Assembly: GCA_963726455.1 (NCBI GenBank)
Contig: CAVSCK010000004.1
Span: 1,472,001 to 1,536,000, forward strand
Source: an uncultured bacterium
Lineage (GTDB): Bacteria; Zixibacteria; MSB-5A5; CAIYYT01
Direction of reading: 5' to 3'
Length of the DNA: 64,000 nt
Part shown: in pieces, positions 30,987 through 42,233 of the stretch
How positions within the stretch are numbered: the stretch's first letter is position 1
How the letters are laid out: each line of letters begins with the position of its first letter
Notes under the pieces: generated by a model
The model's input: only the letters and a program-made list of their open reading frames with translations
The model's database searches: none
Told to the model about the DNA's origin: nothing
Program-made: the position numbers and the translations under genes

Positions 30987-31562
30987 ATGCGTTTTACAGC
31001 CCTGCGGTCAATTTCAATACTAACTCTGCTGTTACTCCTGGTCGCCTGTTCTGGAATGGGGCCGACGGTCTTCGTCAACAAGCAGTACAATTTTAACTTC
31101 CTCGAAAAAGTTGCCGTGGTACCGTTCGAGAACCTCTCCTCCGATCAGGGCGCCGGGGCACGCATCACCCACATTTTCCTCACGGAGCTTTTGTCCACCG
31201 AGTCATTCGATGTGGTCGAGCCGGGGGAAGTGTCCAAAGCCGTCCAGAAATTTGGCGGCGGCGGAACGGCCAGTCTGACCAAAGATCAGATCGTGGAGGT
31301 CGGCAAGACTCTGGGAGTGCAGGGGATTATCCTTGGCTCCGTGAACGAATCGGCCGGCACGCGCGCCGGATCCTCACCTACTACCGAAATTACCATCAAC
31401 GCCAGAATGGTGGAGACCGAAACCGGCCAGACTATTTGGTCGGCTACGAATACTGAGGGCGGACGCGGCTTCTGGGCATCGCTCTTTGGCACCGGCGACA
31501 AGTCGGAAAGCCAATCCACCCGCAAGTGCGTCAAGCGGATCATTAAGACACTGGTCAAGTAG
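30987..31562 (+). CDS. Lipoprotein, CsgG/LpoB/DUF799-like fold (OscF-like)
   Basis: Lipobox LLVA-C; KVAVVPFEN...GKTLGVQGIILGSV...ARMVETETGQTIW. Confidence 0.8.
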   Translation: MRFTALRSISILTLLLLLVACSGMGPTVFVNKQYNFNFLEKVAVVPFENLSSDQGAGARITHIFLTELLSTESFDVVEPGEVSKAVQKFGGGGTASLTKDQIVEVGKTLGVQGIILGSVNESAGTRAGSSPTTEITINARMVETETGQTIWSATNTEGGRGFWASLFGTGDKSESQSTRKCVKRIIKTLVK

Positions 31563-31569
31563 CCACGCG

Positions 31570-32694
31570 ATGACTGCCTCCATAGTTCGCCGGATATTTC
31601 TCGTTGCCGCGTTGCCGGTTATTTCGATGATCCTCGGGGTATTCTCTTTGCCATCTGATCTCAGCGCCGCTGCGCGCATAGGAATCCTGCCGTTCGGCAA
31701 TTACACCAATACCAACTCAGCACCCGATTCGCTGACACCCCTGATCCAGGAGCAATTGACTTCGCGCGGGTTTGTGGCGGTATCGCACGACAGCATCCGC
31801 AATTTCATGCGCCACCAGCGCCTCAGAACGATGGGTATGGTTTCCTCCAAAGAGACCGAATTGCTGCGCGACAACCTCAGTTTGGATTACTTGATCACGG
31901 GCTCGCTGGACTTCTACGCGGCACAGGCCAATCCCGAAGTAGGACTTTCCGTTCGGGTAATTGATTGTCACTCGCTGGCAATCGTGTGGGCGGCGAGTCA
32001 TTCCGCCACCGGCGAGGATTACGCGGGAATGTTCGGCGCGGGCAGAATTTCATCACTATCAAAACTGTCGGAACGAGTGATTGACGATCTCTTCAAGTCG
32101 TTTCCGTTGGACAAGGATCTCACTGCCAGGTCGGGCGATCCCTGGCGGCATGGAGCAAAAGAGTCGCAGAAAGAACGCATAGCGATTGTCCCCTTCGATA
32201 ATGTGTCGGGCTACTTTCATGCAGGTGAAATTGCGAACGGCCTTCTTATCTCCAGGTTATGCGAAGATGGCTTTCAAATTCTGGAACCGGGAGACGTAGC
32301 GGCAGTGCTGGCGGACCTGCGTTCCACTCCGCGCGGCAAGGTGTCGTCTCTAGAGATAGCACAGCTTCGGGACAAACTTAATGCGACTGTCATTCTCACC
32401 GGAGCAGTATATGGTTTCGCCGTGGCCGGAGGAGCTGAGACCGGCGCCCAGGTCGAAATTGGTATGCGCTTAATTGATGCTGCTACTGGAAAAGTGGTTG
32501 CCTCCACGACCTCGGTTAAGAAGGAAGCCGATACCGAAACCATATTCGGCGCCGGCAGAGAATATTCACTTGGAAAATTGACGTCGGAAAGTCTAGAGTC
32601 CGCCTGGAAGTCTCTGCAAAAAGACAGGGCAAAGCATACGTCATTGGCTAATCACCCCGGCACGGAAGGCGACACCACAAATGGTAACCGCTAG
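31570..32694 (+). CDS. Exported protein with two tandem CsgG-like domains (OscG-like)
   Basis: Signal peptide; repeated pattern RIGILPFGN...ITGS...RVIDC and RIAIVPFDN...LTGAV...RLIDAATGKVV. Confidence 0.78.
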   Translation: MTASIVRRIFLVAALPVISMILGVFSLPSDLSAAARIGILPFGNYTNTNSAPDSLTPLIQEQLTSRGFVAVSHDSIRNFMRHQRLRTMGMVSSKETELLRDNLSLDYLITGSLDFYAAQANPEVGLSVRVIDCHSLAIVWAASHSATGEDYAGMFGAGRISSLSKLSERVIDDLFKSFPLDKDLTARSGDPWRHGAKESQKERIAIVPFDNVSGYFHAGEIANGLLISRLCEDGFQILEPGDVAAVLADLRSTPRGKVSSLEIAQLRDKLNATVILTGAVYGFAVAGGAETGAQVEIGMRLIDAATGKVVASTTSVKKEADTETIFGAGREYSLGKLTSESLESAWKSLQKDRAKHTSLANHPGTEGDTTNGNR

Positions 32695-34351
32695 ACCCAC
32701 TATAGCTTCTTTCTTAGCATTCATCGTCTGCTCATTGCTGTGGCTGACCCCGCGATTGGCAGTGGCTGCCTCGGTGGACAAACCGTCCTGCCTCGTTATC
32801 GTCAATGGTGATTCCATCACGACTGCAACTTTCGAGGCATCGTTCAGTAATATCCACGCAACGATGTCGACCCGCGAAAAGGAGACTTTCGATTACCGTA
32901 AGCTGCTGAACAAGCTGGTCAACGATCGCTTGCTGGTGCAGGAAGCCGAGTCGATGAAGATGGATCAGGAAAGCAGCGTGACGAAGTTGCTCGAAAAGCG
33001 CCGCAAGGAATATGCGGTCGCGGCATACATCAAATCCTCGTTCGTACCCAAAGATTCGGTCACTGATGCGGAAGTGCACAAATTCTTCATGGCTAATTTC
33101 GGCAAGAAGCAGTTGCGCACGGTTGCAGTCGAAACGAAAGAGAAGGCATCCGAGTTGATGGCCAGGATTCGCAAGGGCGCGGACATGGACAGCATCGCCC
33201 AGGCCGTTTCACTTGACATGTACAAATACCACGGCGGCTTGCGCTCACCAGCTTATGACATCGCGCTTGAGTCTGAATTCAAGCCGATTGTTTCCAAGCT
33301 GAAAGTTCACGAGCTTGCCGGGCCGGTCGCATATCGCAAGTCGTTTGCCTTCGTGCGGCTCGAACAGGCGACACCACCCGACACTGCCGACCTTCCCAAA
33401 GTGAAAGATTCGATCGTTCGGGATCTCAAGACTCAGAAACAGAATCAATCCTGGCAGGCGTTTCTGACCGATTTACGTTCCAAGTCTGCTATAGTTGTCG
33501 ACAGCGCGCTGCTAAGCACCATCAGACGCACCCAGGATGTTGCTCTCGATTCAACATTCATGAAGGGTAGCAGCAAACCGGTCGCGACGATTGCTTCCCG
33601 TGACACGATTACCGATTTCGATTTGCGGCAGCGAATCGCGCATCTGCGCATGGCGGCAAATACTCAGGCGATGGATTCGCTGGCGCGCCAAACGCTGGAT
33701 GAATCGATCAACGAGATCGTCCTCTTCCGCGCCGCCGAAACTGCAGGGTTCACGGAGAAGTCACAGGTGCTGAGCAAACTGGCATCCACGCGAGATAGTG
33801 TTTTGATCGAAATGTATCTCAAGGAGACCGTGGTTTCGCGGATCAAGTTTAACCATCAGGAATTCACGGACTACTATAACGCCCATCTTGAGGACTTCCG
33901 CGAACCCGCAGAGTACAATCTCAAGGAAATCATGGTCAATCGCCGGGATCTTGCCGACAGTATCGTGGGGCTAGTGCACGATGGCGCCGATTTCAATTTT
34001 GTCGCCCGCAAGTTGCTGGCCGGCAAATCAGATGTCGATGAGGTCGACAAGTGGATGTCACTCGGAGCTTTCCCACAAGCGATTCAGGACGATCTGTCGG
34101 AGCTGCCGACGGGCAGCATCACCAAGCCCTACCAGACTTCCGACGGTTGGGTGATTTTCAAGATCAAAGAGCGCCGACCGGGCAAGATCAAAGAACAGAG
34201 TGAAGCCGATATGCAGATACGCGATATCATGTTTCAGCAGAAATTCGATGAGTCGCTGGATAAGATTTTGAATACATTGAAGAAGAATTCGCAGATCGTC
34301 TATTTCGATAATGCGATAAACGCGTTCCTTGGCAAGACAACGTCCAAGTAA
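32681..34351 (+). CDS. SurA/PrsA-like periplasmic chaperone with two parvulin domains (OscH-like)
   Basis: VIVNGDSIT, LNKLVNDRLLVQEA, GADMDSIAQAVS, GADFNFVAR, ITKPYQTSDGWVIFK. Confidence 0.85.
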   Translation: MVTARPTIASFLAFIVCSLLWLTPRLAVAASVDKPSCLVIVNGDSITTATFEASFSNIHATMSTREKETFDYRKLLNKLVNDRLLVQEAESMKMDQESSVTKLLEKRRKEYAVAAYIKSSFVPKDSVTDAEVHKFFMANFGKKQLRTVAVETKEKASELMARIRKGADMDSIAQAVSLDMYKYHGGLRSPAYDIALESEFKPIVSKLKVHELAGPVAYRKSFAFVRLEQATPPDTADLPKVKDSIVRDLKTQKQNQSWQAFLTDLRSKSAIVVDSALLSTIRRTQDVALDSTFMKGSSKPVATIASRDTITDFDLRQRIAHLRMAANTQAMDSLARQTLDESINEIVLFRAAETAGFTEKSQVLSKLASTRDSVLIEMYLKETVVSRIKFNHQEFTDYYNAHLEDFREPAEYNLKEIMVNRRDLADSIVGLVHDGADFNFVARKLLAGKSDVDEVDKWMSLGAFPQAIQDDLSELPTGSITKPYQTSDGWVIFKIKERRPGKIKEQSEADMQIRDIMFQQKFDESLDKILNTLKKNSQIVYFDNAINAFLGKTTSK

Positions 34352-34382
34352 TAGGAAATTGGTTCAGGGAAGAAACTTCGTC

Positions 34383-36378
34383 ATGCCGCAACTGATCAAA
34401 TCACGCAAGTTTATCTCACTACTCTCCGCATCTGCGTTGATGGCAATGTTCGTACTGCTACTCAGTTACACCTCAGACAGTCAGGCGCAGGTCAAACGCG
34501 GCAAACGTTTTTCCACCGAAGGCAATTGCCTCGACTGCCATAAGCTGGATCAGTTCAAGGGCAAGGTTAAACACAAACCCTTCGGCGATAAGGATTGTCA
34601 GGCGTGCCACAAACCGCACGGCCTCGTGGGAATGTTGCGGCTCAAAGAAGACGGCGCGGCACTCTGTTTCCTCTGCCACGACAAGGTGAAACTTGGCCTG
34701 GAGCGCGCCAATGTGCACGATCCCGCGAAGAAAGGTGACTGCAAGATTTGCCACGATTCGCACGCCTCGGACGAACCGGGTTTGTTGAAAGCCAAATCTG
34801 AGGAACTCTGTTTCACTTGCCACGATCGCACGGAGTTCGAGGGCAAAATTGTTCACCAGCCGATGAAGCAAAGTTGTTTTGCCTGCCATGAGGTTCATGG
34901 GAGCGACCATGTGGCTCTGCTAAAGAAAGACAAAAACGATCTCTGCAATGATTGCCATAATACGTCCGAGCCGGCGTTTGCCAAGGCGCACGCCGATTAT
35001 CCGGTGGCCAAGTCAGATTGCTCAATGTGCCATTCTTCGCATTCATCGGATGAACCTAAGTTGTTGACGAAATCGATACATGCGCCGGTAGCCGCAGGCG
35101 AATGCCAGACTTGTCATACTGTCCCGAGCGACACGACCTTTGCCGTGCAGGGCGACCCGCAGCAACTCTGCGTAACCTGCCACGACCTGGCCGAGATCGC
35201 GCCCGAAGGCACGCATCCGCCGGTAGCCGCCGGCGAATGCCTCACGTGCCACAATCCGCACGGATCAAAAGAGAAGTCACTCTTGGTGAAATCGGAAAAG
35301 GAACTGTGCCTCGATTGCCACAGCGACGTTTCCAACGAGTTGATTCAGGCCTCGACGCACAAGCCCGCGCAGGAAGATTGCGCGATCTGCCATAAGGCGC
35401 ACGGCAAGACTGATTCCAAGTTGCTGACCAAAGATGTCAATACGTTATGTCTCGACTGCCACGCCGAACAGAAAGCAGCTCTGGCCGACGCCGACGTGCA
35501 TCCGCCCTTTTCTGACGGCGTCTGCACCGACTGTCACCGTCCGCACGGAACACCGGAACCGAAATTGGTCAAGAGCAATACCTCTGAACTCTGCGCGTCA
35601 TGCCACGACGACGTCAACAAATGGATCACGCAGAAGAGCGCGCATCAGCCGGTCAAGGCAGGACAGTGCGTCAAATGCCACAATCCGCATGCCTCACCAC
35701 AAGCCCAAGTTGTTGGTCGCCGAGAACAATGCGTTGTGTGAGAATTGCCACAGTGCTTTGACGGCAGACAGCACCAACACCGTGATTCATCCGCCGTTCG
35801 GCGAAAAGCAGTGCAACACCTGCCATGTGCCGCATGCGTCCGACTACACGCCATTGTTGGCATCAGCCCAGGGAGAACTCTGCGGTGGATGTCATTCCGA
35901 CATTCCGGGCGACTCGACCAAATTCGTCAGCGAACACAAGCCGGTTGCCGAGGGCAATTGCTCCGGCTGCCACAGTCCGCACGCCGGCAAACTCGCCAAG
36001 TTGCTTTTGGATAAACAACCCCGGCTCTGCCTGAATTGCCATACTGATATCGGCGACCTGATGAAGAAAGCCAACGTGCATCCGCCTGCCGTGGAGGAAT
36101 GCACCGGCTGCCACAAGCCGCATACCAGCGAAGTGAAAACGCTTTTGGCCGAGAATGTGCCGGCAATGTGCCTCGCCTGTCACGATGGCGAAGACGCGTC
36201 ATTCAAAAGCAAGCATCTTGGCTTGAGCGGTTCGCAGATCGACTGCCGCAAGTGTCACGATCCGCATGCGTCAGAGGACAAGCGGATGATACTTCCGAAA
36301 GAGCACGACCCGTTTGCCAACGGCGCCTGTGATGCCTGCCACACTGATGTTCCCCAGCCGGAAGGAGAGAAAAAGTGA
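34383..36378 (+). CDS. 26-heme cytochrome c (paired CxxCH repeats), one +1 frameshift at ~35705
   Basis: 17 CxxCH before and 9 after the shift; removing one C restores the repeat NPHASPQAKLL. Confidence 0.88.
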
Positions 36379-37604
36379 AGAATACAATGATGTCTCTCGC
36401 GGCTCTTCTCCTGATCTTTGCGGCGTCAAGTTTCGCGCAGGCAGTCAAAGTCAATCAGCCGGAAGTCTGTTTTAATTGCCATTCCGAGATCAGTGACCTC
36501 AACGCCAAGAAGCATGTGCACACGGCGTTCAAGTCGGGACAGTGCTCGTCATGCCATAGTCCGCATGCGGCTCGCCACGAAAAGCTTCTCGCCGAAAGTC
36601 CCGGCGCGTTGTGCCTTGGTTGCCATACTGATGTCAAGAAGTTGGTCACGAGTCCGTCGCCGCATGTGCCGGCTGCTAGTGGCGAGTGTCTCAAATGCCA
36701 TGATCCGCACGCATCCGACAATGCCAGTCAGCTTAAGCAGCCGATGACCGCGCTGTGCACAACCTGCCATCCCGTGATCAATGACTGGTTCAAGCGCGCG
36801 AATATCCATCAGCCGGTGGAAACGAAGCAGTGCATGAAGTGCCACAATCCGCACGGCACCGGCAACAGTGGCCTGCTTGTCAACAATGTGCCGACACTCT
36901 GCTTCGGCTGCCACCAGCAGAATCAGACCTTCCAGACCGTGCATAAGGGTTACAACCTGAGCAAGGCCGACTGCACGATGTGTCACGATCCGCATTCGTC
37001 CGGCTCCAAGGGTCTCTTGATGGCGAATCAACACGCGCCGTTCAAGGGCGGTCGCTGCAGCGCCTGCCATTCCGCCGGCGCCGAGTCGGGTGGTTCATTC
37101 GCGATCGCGGGAAGTATCAAGAACGTTTGCCTGAAATGCCATGCGGGAATCACTGCGGATGCCAAGTTGGAATTCCATCCACACGTCAACGATGAACGTT
37201 CATGTATCAACTGTCATAATCCGCACGCCTCGAACGGCACGTCGCTGTTGGCGTCGGATCAAAAGAATCTCTGCCTGAAATGCCACTTCAATAATCCGGC
37301 TCCGGGAAAAGACAAGAGCGCCTACATCACGCACAACGGCCAGGATTGCACGACTTGCCATCGTCCGCACGGCGCCGACAACAAACGGCTCTTCAAGATG
37401 GCGGACCTCGACCTGTGCCGCAGTTGCCATCCCGATGTTCACAAGGGCTCGCATCCGATGGCGCCTGATCCCAAAGCGATCGATCCGCGCACGAAACAGC
37501 CAGTCACCTGCATCAGTTGCCACAAGCTGCATGGCTCCGACTTCAAGCCATACCTGCCGCTCAGTTCCGACGGCGACCTCTGCGTCCAGTGCCATAAGAA
37601 GTAG
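36375..37604 (+). CDS. 16-heme cytochrome c (paired CxxCH repeats)
   Basis: Signal peptide, 16 CxxCH counted, GGAG RBS, overlaps the upstream stop. Confidence 0.92.
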   Translation: MKNTMMSLAALLLIFAASSFAQAVKVNQPEVCFNCHSEISDLNAKKHVHTAFKSGQCSSCHSPHAARHEKLLAESPGALCLGCHTDVKKLVTSPSPHVPAASGECLKCHDPHASDNASQLKQPMTALCTTCHPVINDWFKRANIHQPVETKQCMKCHNPHGTGNSGLLVNNVPTLCFGCHQQNQTFQTVHKGYNLSKADCTMCHDPHSSGSKGLLMANQHAPFKGGRCSACHSAGAESGGSFAIAGSIKNVCLKCHAGITADAKLEFHPHVNDERSCINCHNPHASNGTSLLASDQKNLCLKCHFNNPAPGKDKSAYITHNGQDCTTCHRPHGADNKRLFKMADLDLCRSCHPDVHKGSHPMAPDPKAIDPRTKQPVTCISCHKLHGSDFKPYLPLSSDGDLCVQCHKK

Positions 37605-37645
37605 CGGCTATTTCAGCGACATCTGCCGCCCGGTTTCTCCACCGC

Positions 37646-37760
37646 CAGTAGTCGCGCACGGCAGTGCGTTTGAGGATTAGGCAGTCGTCCTCGCCTGCCG
37701 GAAGTTCCGGTGCGCCCTGCGCATGTCATTCCCACGAAGGTGGGAATCCAGGCGTATTTG
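37646..37760. repeat. Composite palindromic repeat (GTCATTCCC...GGGAATCC family), inverted relative to the copies at 42985-43277
   Basis: ggcagtcgtcctcgcctgccg and tgtcattcccacgaaggtgggaatccaggcgta recur as reverse complements near 43 kb. Confidence 0.8.
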
Positions 37761-37987
37761 GGCGCACGTAGCTTAGAATCGCTTCGCCTTTGACGCTCTA
37801 ACATTGCGCGCCACTAGGAATCCTTCCAAGTCGCGGCGGGTCGGGGTAACAGGGAATTTAGTTTGACACCTAGCCTCAAATAGATTATTCTCTAAATGAT
37901 CTATCATAGTTCCGCTTCTGTAGCGGTAATTCGCTATATGTGATGTGAGCGAACATCCAGCGGAAGACAAGATTTGGGGAGTGGGGT

Positions 37988-38992
37988 ATGCCAATTGAAG
38001 ACATAAAAGCACTCACGGAGGAAGAGTTCCGCAACCAATTCTCCGACTTGTACAAGTCTCTTCCCGCGTTGTTGCAGCGGAGCCCTGAAAACGCCTTGGA
38101 TGCCTATATAGAGAAAGTCGACTTCAATGTTGAGATTGCTGAGACGAGAGCTCGAGCACACTGCCATTTCATAGCTCTTGATGGTAACAAGAGACCACGA
38201 CAAAAGGACTTTGCCAGATTCCTCGCCACCAAGATCACAGATTTCGCTATTCCGCGAAGTGAGATTAGACGTGCAATACAAGAGGCTAGCCGACTAGGAT
38301 CAACTGCTCCAGTTGACAACCTCGGCAACAAGGCACGGAGCCTCTTTGTTAAGTCTCAGAACAGTGGTGAAGGCGGAGAAGCACTGTTGTCTCTCCTGGC
38401 GGAGACTTTGCTCGGGTTGCCTCAGATGCTCACTAAGATGGTTCTAAAGACCAGTAGTCAAATGCCGGTTCATGGCTGTGATGGCATTCACATCGGAGTG
38501 AATAAAGGGACTGGCAATCTGGCACTGTACTGGGGGGAGTCTAAGTTGTACAGTGACGTGAATAAAGCTATCCGGGACTGTTTTAGTAGCCTTGCTCCTT
38601 TCCTGCTTGGTACAGGTGGGAGTAGCGCCAAGCAAGTCCGCGATCTACAACTACTTCGTGACGGAATTGACTTTGACGACCGCGATTTGGAGAATGCAGT
38701 TAAGCGATTCCTAAATCCTGACGATCCGATGTTCAAAAGTCTGGAGTATCGCGGGTTGTGTCTAATTGGCTTTAACTCGGACGAATATCCATCGAATCCT
38801 AATTCGAAGGAGGCTGAGCAGCTGAGGCAGGACATCCGCAATGCTTTTGAACGGAACAGAGGAAACATAAGAGACTGCGTGATTAGAGAACGCATTCAAA
38901 CCTTTGATATCGAAGTGTTCTGTCTGCCTTTTCCAAACGTGGACGAGTTCCGTCTCGCCTTTAGAACTGAAATAGGGGTGGCCCCTGAGTAA
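37988..38992 (+). CDS. hamA: Hachiman HamA (DUF1837) nuclease
   Basis: SGEGGEALL, KMVLKTSSQMPVHGCDGIH, LYWGESKLY; adjacent to a helicase. Confidence 0.88.
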   Translation: MPIEDIKALTEEEFRNQFSDLYKSLPALLQRSPENALDAYIEKVDFNVEIAETRARAHCHFIALDGNKRPRQKDFARFLATKITDFAIPRSEIRRAIQEASRLGSTAPVDNLGNKARSLFVKSQNSGEGGEALLSLLAETLLGLPQMLTKMVLKTSSQMPVHGCDGIHIGVNKGTGNLALYWGESKLYSDVNKAIRDCFSSLAPFLLGTGGSSAKQVRDLQLLRDGIDFDDRDLENAVKRFLNPDDPMFKSLEYRGLCLIGFNSDEYPSNPNSKEAEQLRQDIRNAFERNRGNIRDCVIRERIQTFDIEVFCLPFPNVDEFRLAFRTEIGVAPE

Positions 38993-41591
38993 ATCGGATC
39001 TGCAGAGTTGGCTTGTTGGAAATGCTGGATTTCGAAAACAATACGACAAGCTGTTGATAGATTCTGTGGTTCGGCAGTTTCCCAATTTGAAGCGCTGTGA
39101 TGGCAATACCAATCAGTTGCATGACTGGAGATATCTGCTGCTTTGTGCCAGCCTTCTTTCGCAATCCGAGGCAGAGAAATGCCAGGATATCGCCTTGCGA
39201 ATAGCCCAGTTCTGCCTTGAATGCGAAGACACCTCCGACGATGAAAAAGACGCAGCTGCCGTTGTCCTGGACAGTATGGCCAATCGCCCAGCTATTGGAC
39301 TGGCAGAAAGAAGAAATCTCCTTCACGCGGATTTCGTCGAGCGATTGCCGTTTCCTCTCTTTCAGGATTGGACCAAGAGGTCACTTGAATACTCTGTGAA
39401 TCTTTCGGATTCCACTTCAATACAGGTAAACAGATTCCAACGGCGCTTTTGGGATGATGCGTCGGCCAACGATTGGATGAGTGTTTCAGCACCTACATCC
39501 GCTGGCAAGTCCTTCATTGTTGAACGTTGGCTTGCTGAGTATCTGCGCACCAAGCCTCTCGCCAAGATTGTCTTCCTAGTTCCGACTCGCGCACTCATCC
39601 AGCAAGTTCAGAGGGATGTCGATAATCTCTTGAAAAATGAAAGAATCCCCAATGTTGCCGTTACCACCCTACCTCTGCGATCAACAGTAGTAAACAACAA
39701 AGCCTGTATCTTCGTTTTCACTCAGGAGCGCTTTCACATTCTTCTAGGTGAAGTCGATGCAGATTTGTCGTTTGACCTGCTAATTGTCGACGAAGCTCAG
39801 AAAATTGGTGACAACTATCGCGGCGTGCTCCTGCAACAGGCTATTGAAGCTGCCGTATTGAGAAGCCCAGCGTGTCGCGTGTTCTTTGCCAGCCCCATGA
39901 CCGATAATCCCGAGACCATGTTAGCCGATGCACCAAGGGGCATATCGAGCAAATCATTGGTCAGCGAAGACACTATGGTGAATCAGAATCTGATCTGGAC
40001 ATCGCAGGAGATCGGCAGACCAAGTCACTGGAATTTGGAATTACTCTTGGACTCAACCCCCATCTTCATCGGAAGTTTCGTGTTGCCTGCTAGTCCATCT
40101 CCCGAGAGTAAGAGGTTACCCTTCGTTGCCTTCTCACTAGGAAATCATCATGGAGGGAATGTAGTATACGTAAACGGAGCAGCAGAGGCTGAAAAAGTGG
40201 CAATGCAGCTGTATGACTTAGTCGAAGCCCAAAATGACCTATCAACCGATGACGAGATTTCAGCCCTCATCGAATTGATAAGGAGGATCGTGCATCCGAA
40301 GTACTCCCTTGCGAATGTTCTACAACGTGGCATAGCATTTCACTACGGCAACATGCCTTTACTTATTCGAACCGAAATAGAAAGACTATTCGATTCAAAC
40401 AAGCTCAAGTACTTGGTTTGTACATCCACATTAATTGAAGGCATTAACATGCCGTGCCAAAGCATTTTCGTTCGCGGCCCACAAAAGGGCCGTGGGATAC
40501 CTATGGCTCCGAGTGACTTTTGGAATCTCGCCGGTCGCGCCGGCCGGTGGGGAAAGGAATTTCAGGGTAACATTGTTTGTGTCGACGCCACGAAGGATAA
40601 TTTGTGGAAGCTTTCGGCACCAAGATCCCGGACGAAATTCCACATTACTAGAACTTCCGACCAAATACTACGCAAGTCCGAAGAACTCGTAGCATTCATC
40701 GATAATCGGACACCTCGAGGTGAGGCAGTCCAAAAACCGAATCTGGAGTATGTGTTCTCTTACTTAGTCTGCTCTTATATAAACCATGGCAGCATTGCTC
40801 AAACCATTTGGGCTCAGCGCTTTGACGACCGGATCATAAAAACGCTCGATCAGAAGGTGGGGGCAATTGTAGATAAGCTCAAGGTGCCAAAGACAGTCGT
40901 GTTGAAAAACCCAGGAATCAGCGCAATTGCCATGGACGGCTTACTCGCTTATTTCGACGAGCACACGGGAAAGCGACAAGAACCTTTGGATCAGTTGATG
41001 CCAGTGCCCGCTGAAAGTGAAGATGCTTTTGAATCCTATGTCAAAATTCTCAATCGAATCAATTCCCATCTGGCTCCGGTCTTTGGACGTGGAGGTCGAG
41101 TTCGTCAACTTGCATTGCTAATTGTGCATTGGTTGAGAGGATTTCCACTTGCAATGATTATTTCGGGTCGAGAACAGTACTACAGAAATCATAGGACACA
41201 GGACATCACGCTGAGTAATCTCATTCGGGAAACTATGAAGGACGTTGAGGAAATTGCTCGCTTCCAGGCACCCAAGTATCTGGGGTGTTACGTAGATCTC
41301 CTGCGAGAGCATCTTGAACTCAACAACAGGCACGATCTTATCGAGCGATTGATCGAGATAAACATCTTGCTAGAATTTGGTGTCTCGCAGACCACGCAAC
41401 TGTCTCTCATTGGACTTGGCCTTAGTCGATCAAGCGCTATTGCCTTGTCAGAGTTCATCACTGATGACTCCCTACAAGAGTCACAGTGTCTTTCCTGGCT
41501 GAAGGAGAGCGATTGGATCACTAGGGACTTGCCCGCATTAGTCAAGCGTGAAATCGCTGATGTGCTTCAAAACAAAGAAGAAGAGTCCTAG
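38985..41591 (+). CDS. hamB: Hachiman HamB Ski2-like DEAD/DEAH helicase (possible CTG start at 38985; otherwise 39054)
   Basis: SAPTSAGKS, VPTRAL, TQER, VDEAQ, GIAFHYGNMP, CTSTLIEGINMP, NLAGRAGR. Confidence 0.88.
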   Translation: MSKSDLQSWLVGNAGFRKQYDKLLIDSVVRQFPNLKRCDGNTNQLHDWRYLLLCASLLSQSEAEKCQDIALRIAQFCLECEDTSDDEKDAAAVVLDSMANRPAIGLAERRNLLHADFVERLPFPLFQDWTKRSLEYSVNLSDSTSIQVNRFQRRFWDDASANDWMSVSAPTSAGKSFIVERWLAEYLRTKPLAKIVFLVPTRALIQQVQRDVDNLLKNERIPNVAVTTLPLRSTVVNNKACIFVFTQERFHILLGEVDADLSFDLLIVDEAQKIGDNYRGVLLQQAIEAAVLRSPACRVFFASPMTDNPETMLADAPRGISSKSLVSEDTMVNQNLIWTSQEIGRPSHWNLELLLDSTPIFIGSFVLPASPSPESKRLPFVAFSLGNHHGGNVVYVNGAAEAEKVAMQLYDLVEAQNDLSTDDEISALIELIRRIVHPKYSLANVLQRGIAFHYGNMPLLIRTEIERLFDSNKLKYLVCTSTLIEGINMPCQSIFVRGPQKGRGIPMAPSDFWNLAGRAGRWGKEFQGNIVCVDATKDNLWKLSAPRSRTKFHITRTSDQILRKSEELVAFIDNRTPRGEAVQKPNLEYVFSYLVCSYINHGSIAQTIWAQRFDDRIIKTLDQKVGAIVDKLKVPKTVVLKNPGISAIAMDGLLAYFDEHTGKRQEPLDQLMPVPAESEDAFESYVKILNRINSHLAPVFGRGGRVRQLALLIVHWLRGFPLAMIISGREQYYRNHRTQDITLSNLIRETMKDVEEIARFQAPKYLGCYVDLLREHLELNNRHDLIERLIEINILLEFGVSQTTQLSLIGLGLSRSSAIALSEFITDDSLQESQCLSWLKESDWITRDLPALVKREIADVLQNKEEES

Positions 41592-42233
41592 TTTTGTAGG
41601 TCGAAACACTTTGTGAAAATTGGTCTGACCCACAAATCCGTTTCCGGGGGTTTCGACATTTCTGTATTGCTCCACTACAACCGCCAACCTACTCTCAAAA
41701 CATTCCCCTGTTCCGGCACCCCCTGCGCCGCGCCTAACCTCTTGTCTTCGAGTGTTTCATCTCCGCGCGGCGTGCGACCTGCCGGCCTTCCGCAAAAATA
41801 TTCTCACTTTTCTTCTCCCTCGATTCACACTCATTTTCGGCTTTTTACACGTCTCTTTGCTTCCATCTTGCATCTCTCCAACCACTTACCCGCTGTCGCC
41901 AGCACTAAAAAGCATAAATCTCAAAACCCTATATAAGTAGAACGCAGGTTGCGGCACCGAAGGTCACCCCGGAGGGCTTTGTGGGTCTGGTGATTAGCGG
42001 CTGAGCAAAATGGGAGTTTTGTGAATCAACCTTCTACCGATCAGGAATCCCCGATGGCAACACGGTTACGACTAAGCTATCCATGCCGAACTCTAACCGT
42101 GTCGTCCCGGGCATACTCGTCCTCCGCCGTGGTGAGTGAGTCTGTCGCTGTAAACCTTGTGGTTCGCGCTGTCGGATACCCGCCGTCCAACCGACACGCT
42201 TTGATGTGGAATGGTGCTCTCTCTGGGATGAAG

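Noticed and set aside
35690-35715. Programmed ribosomal frameshift in the 26-heme cytochrome
   Set aside because: No slippery heptamer, and the same single-base pattern occurs in unrelated genes.
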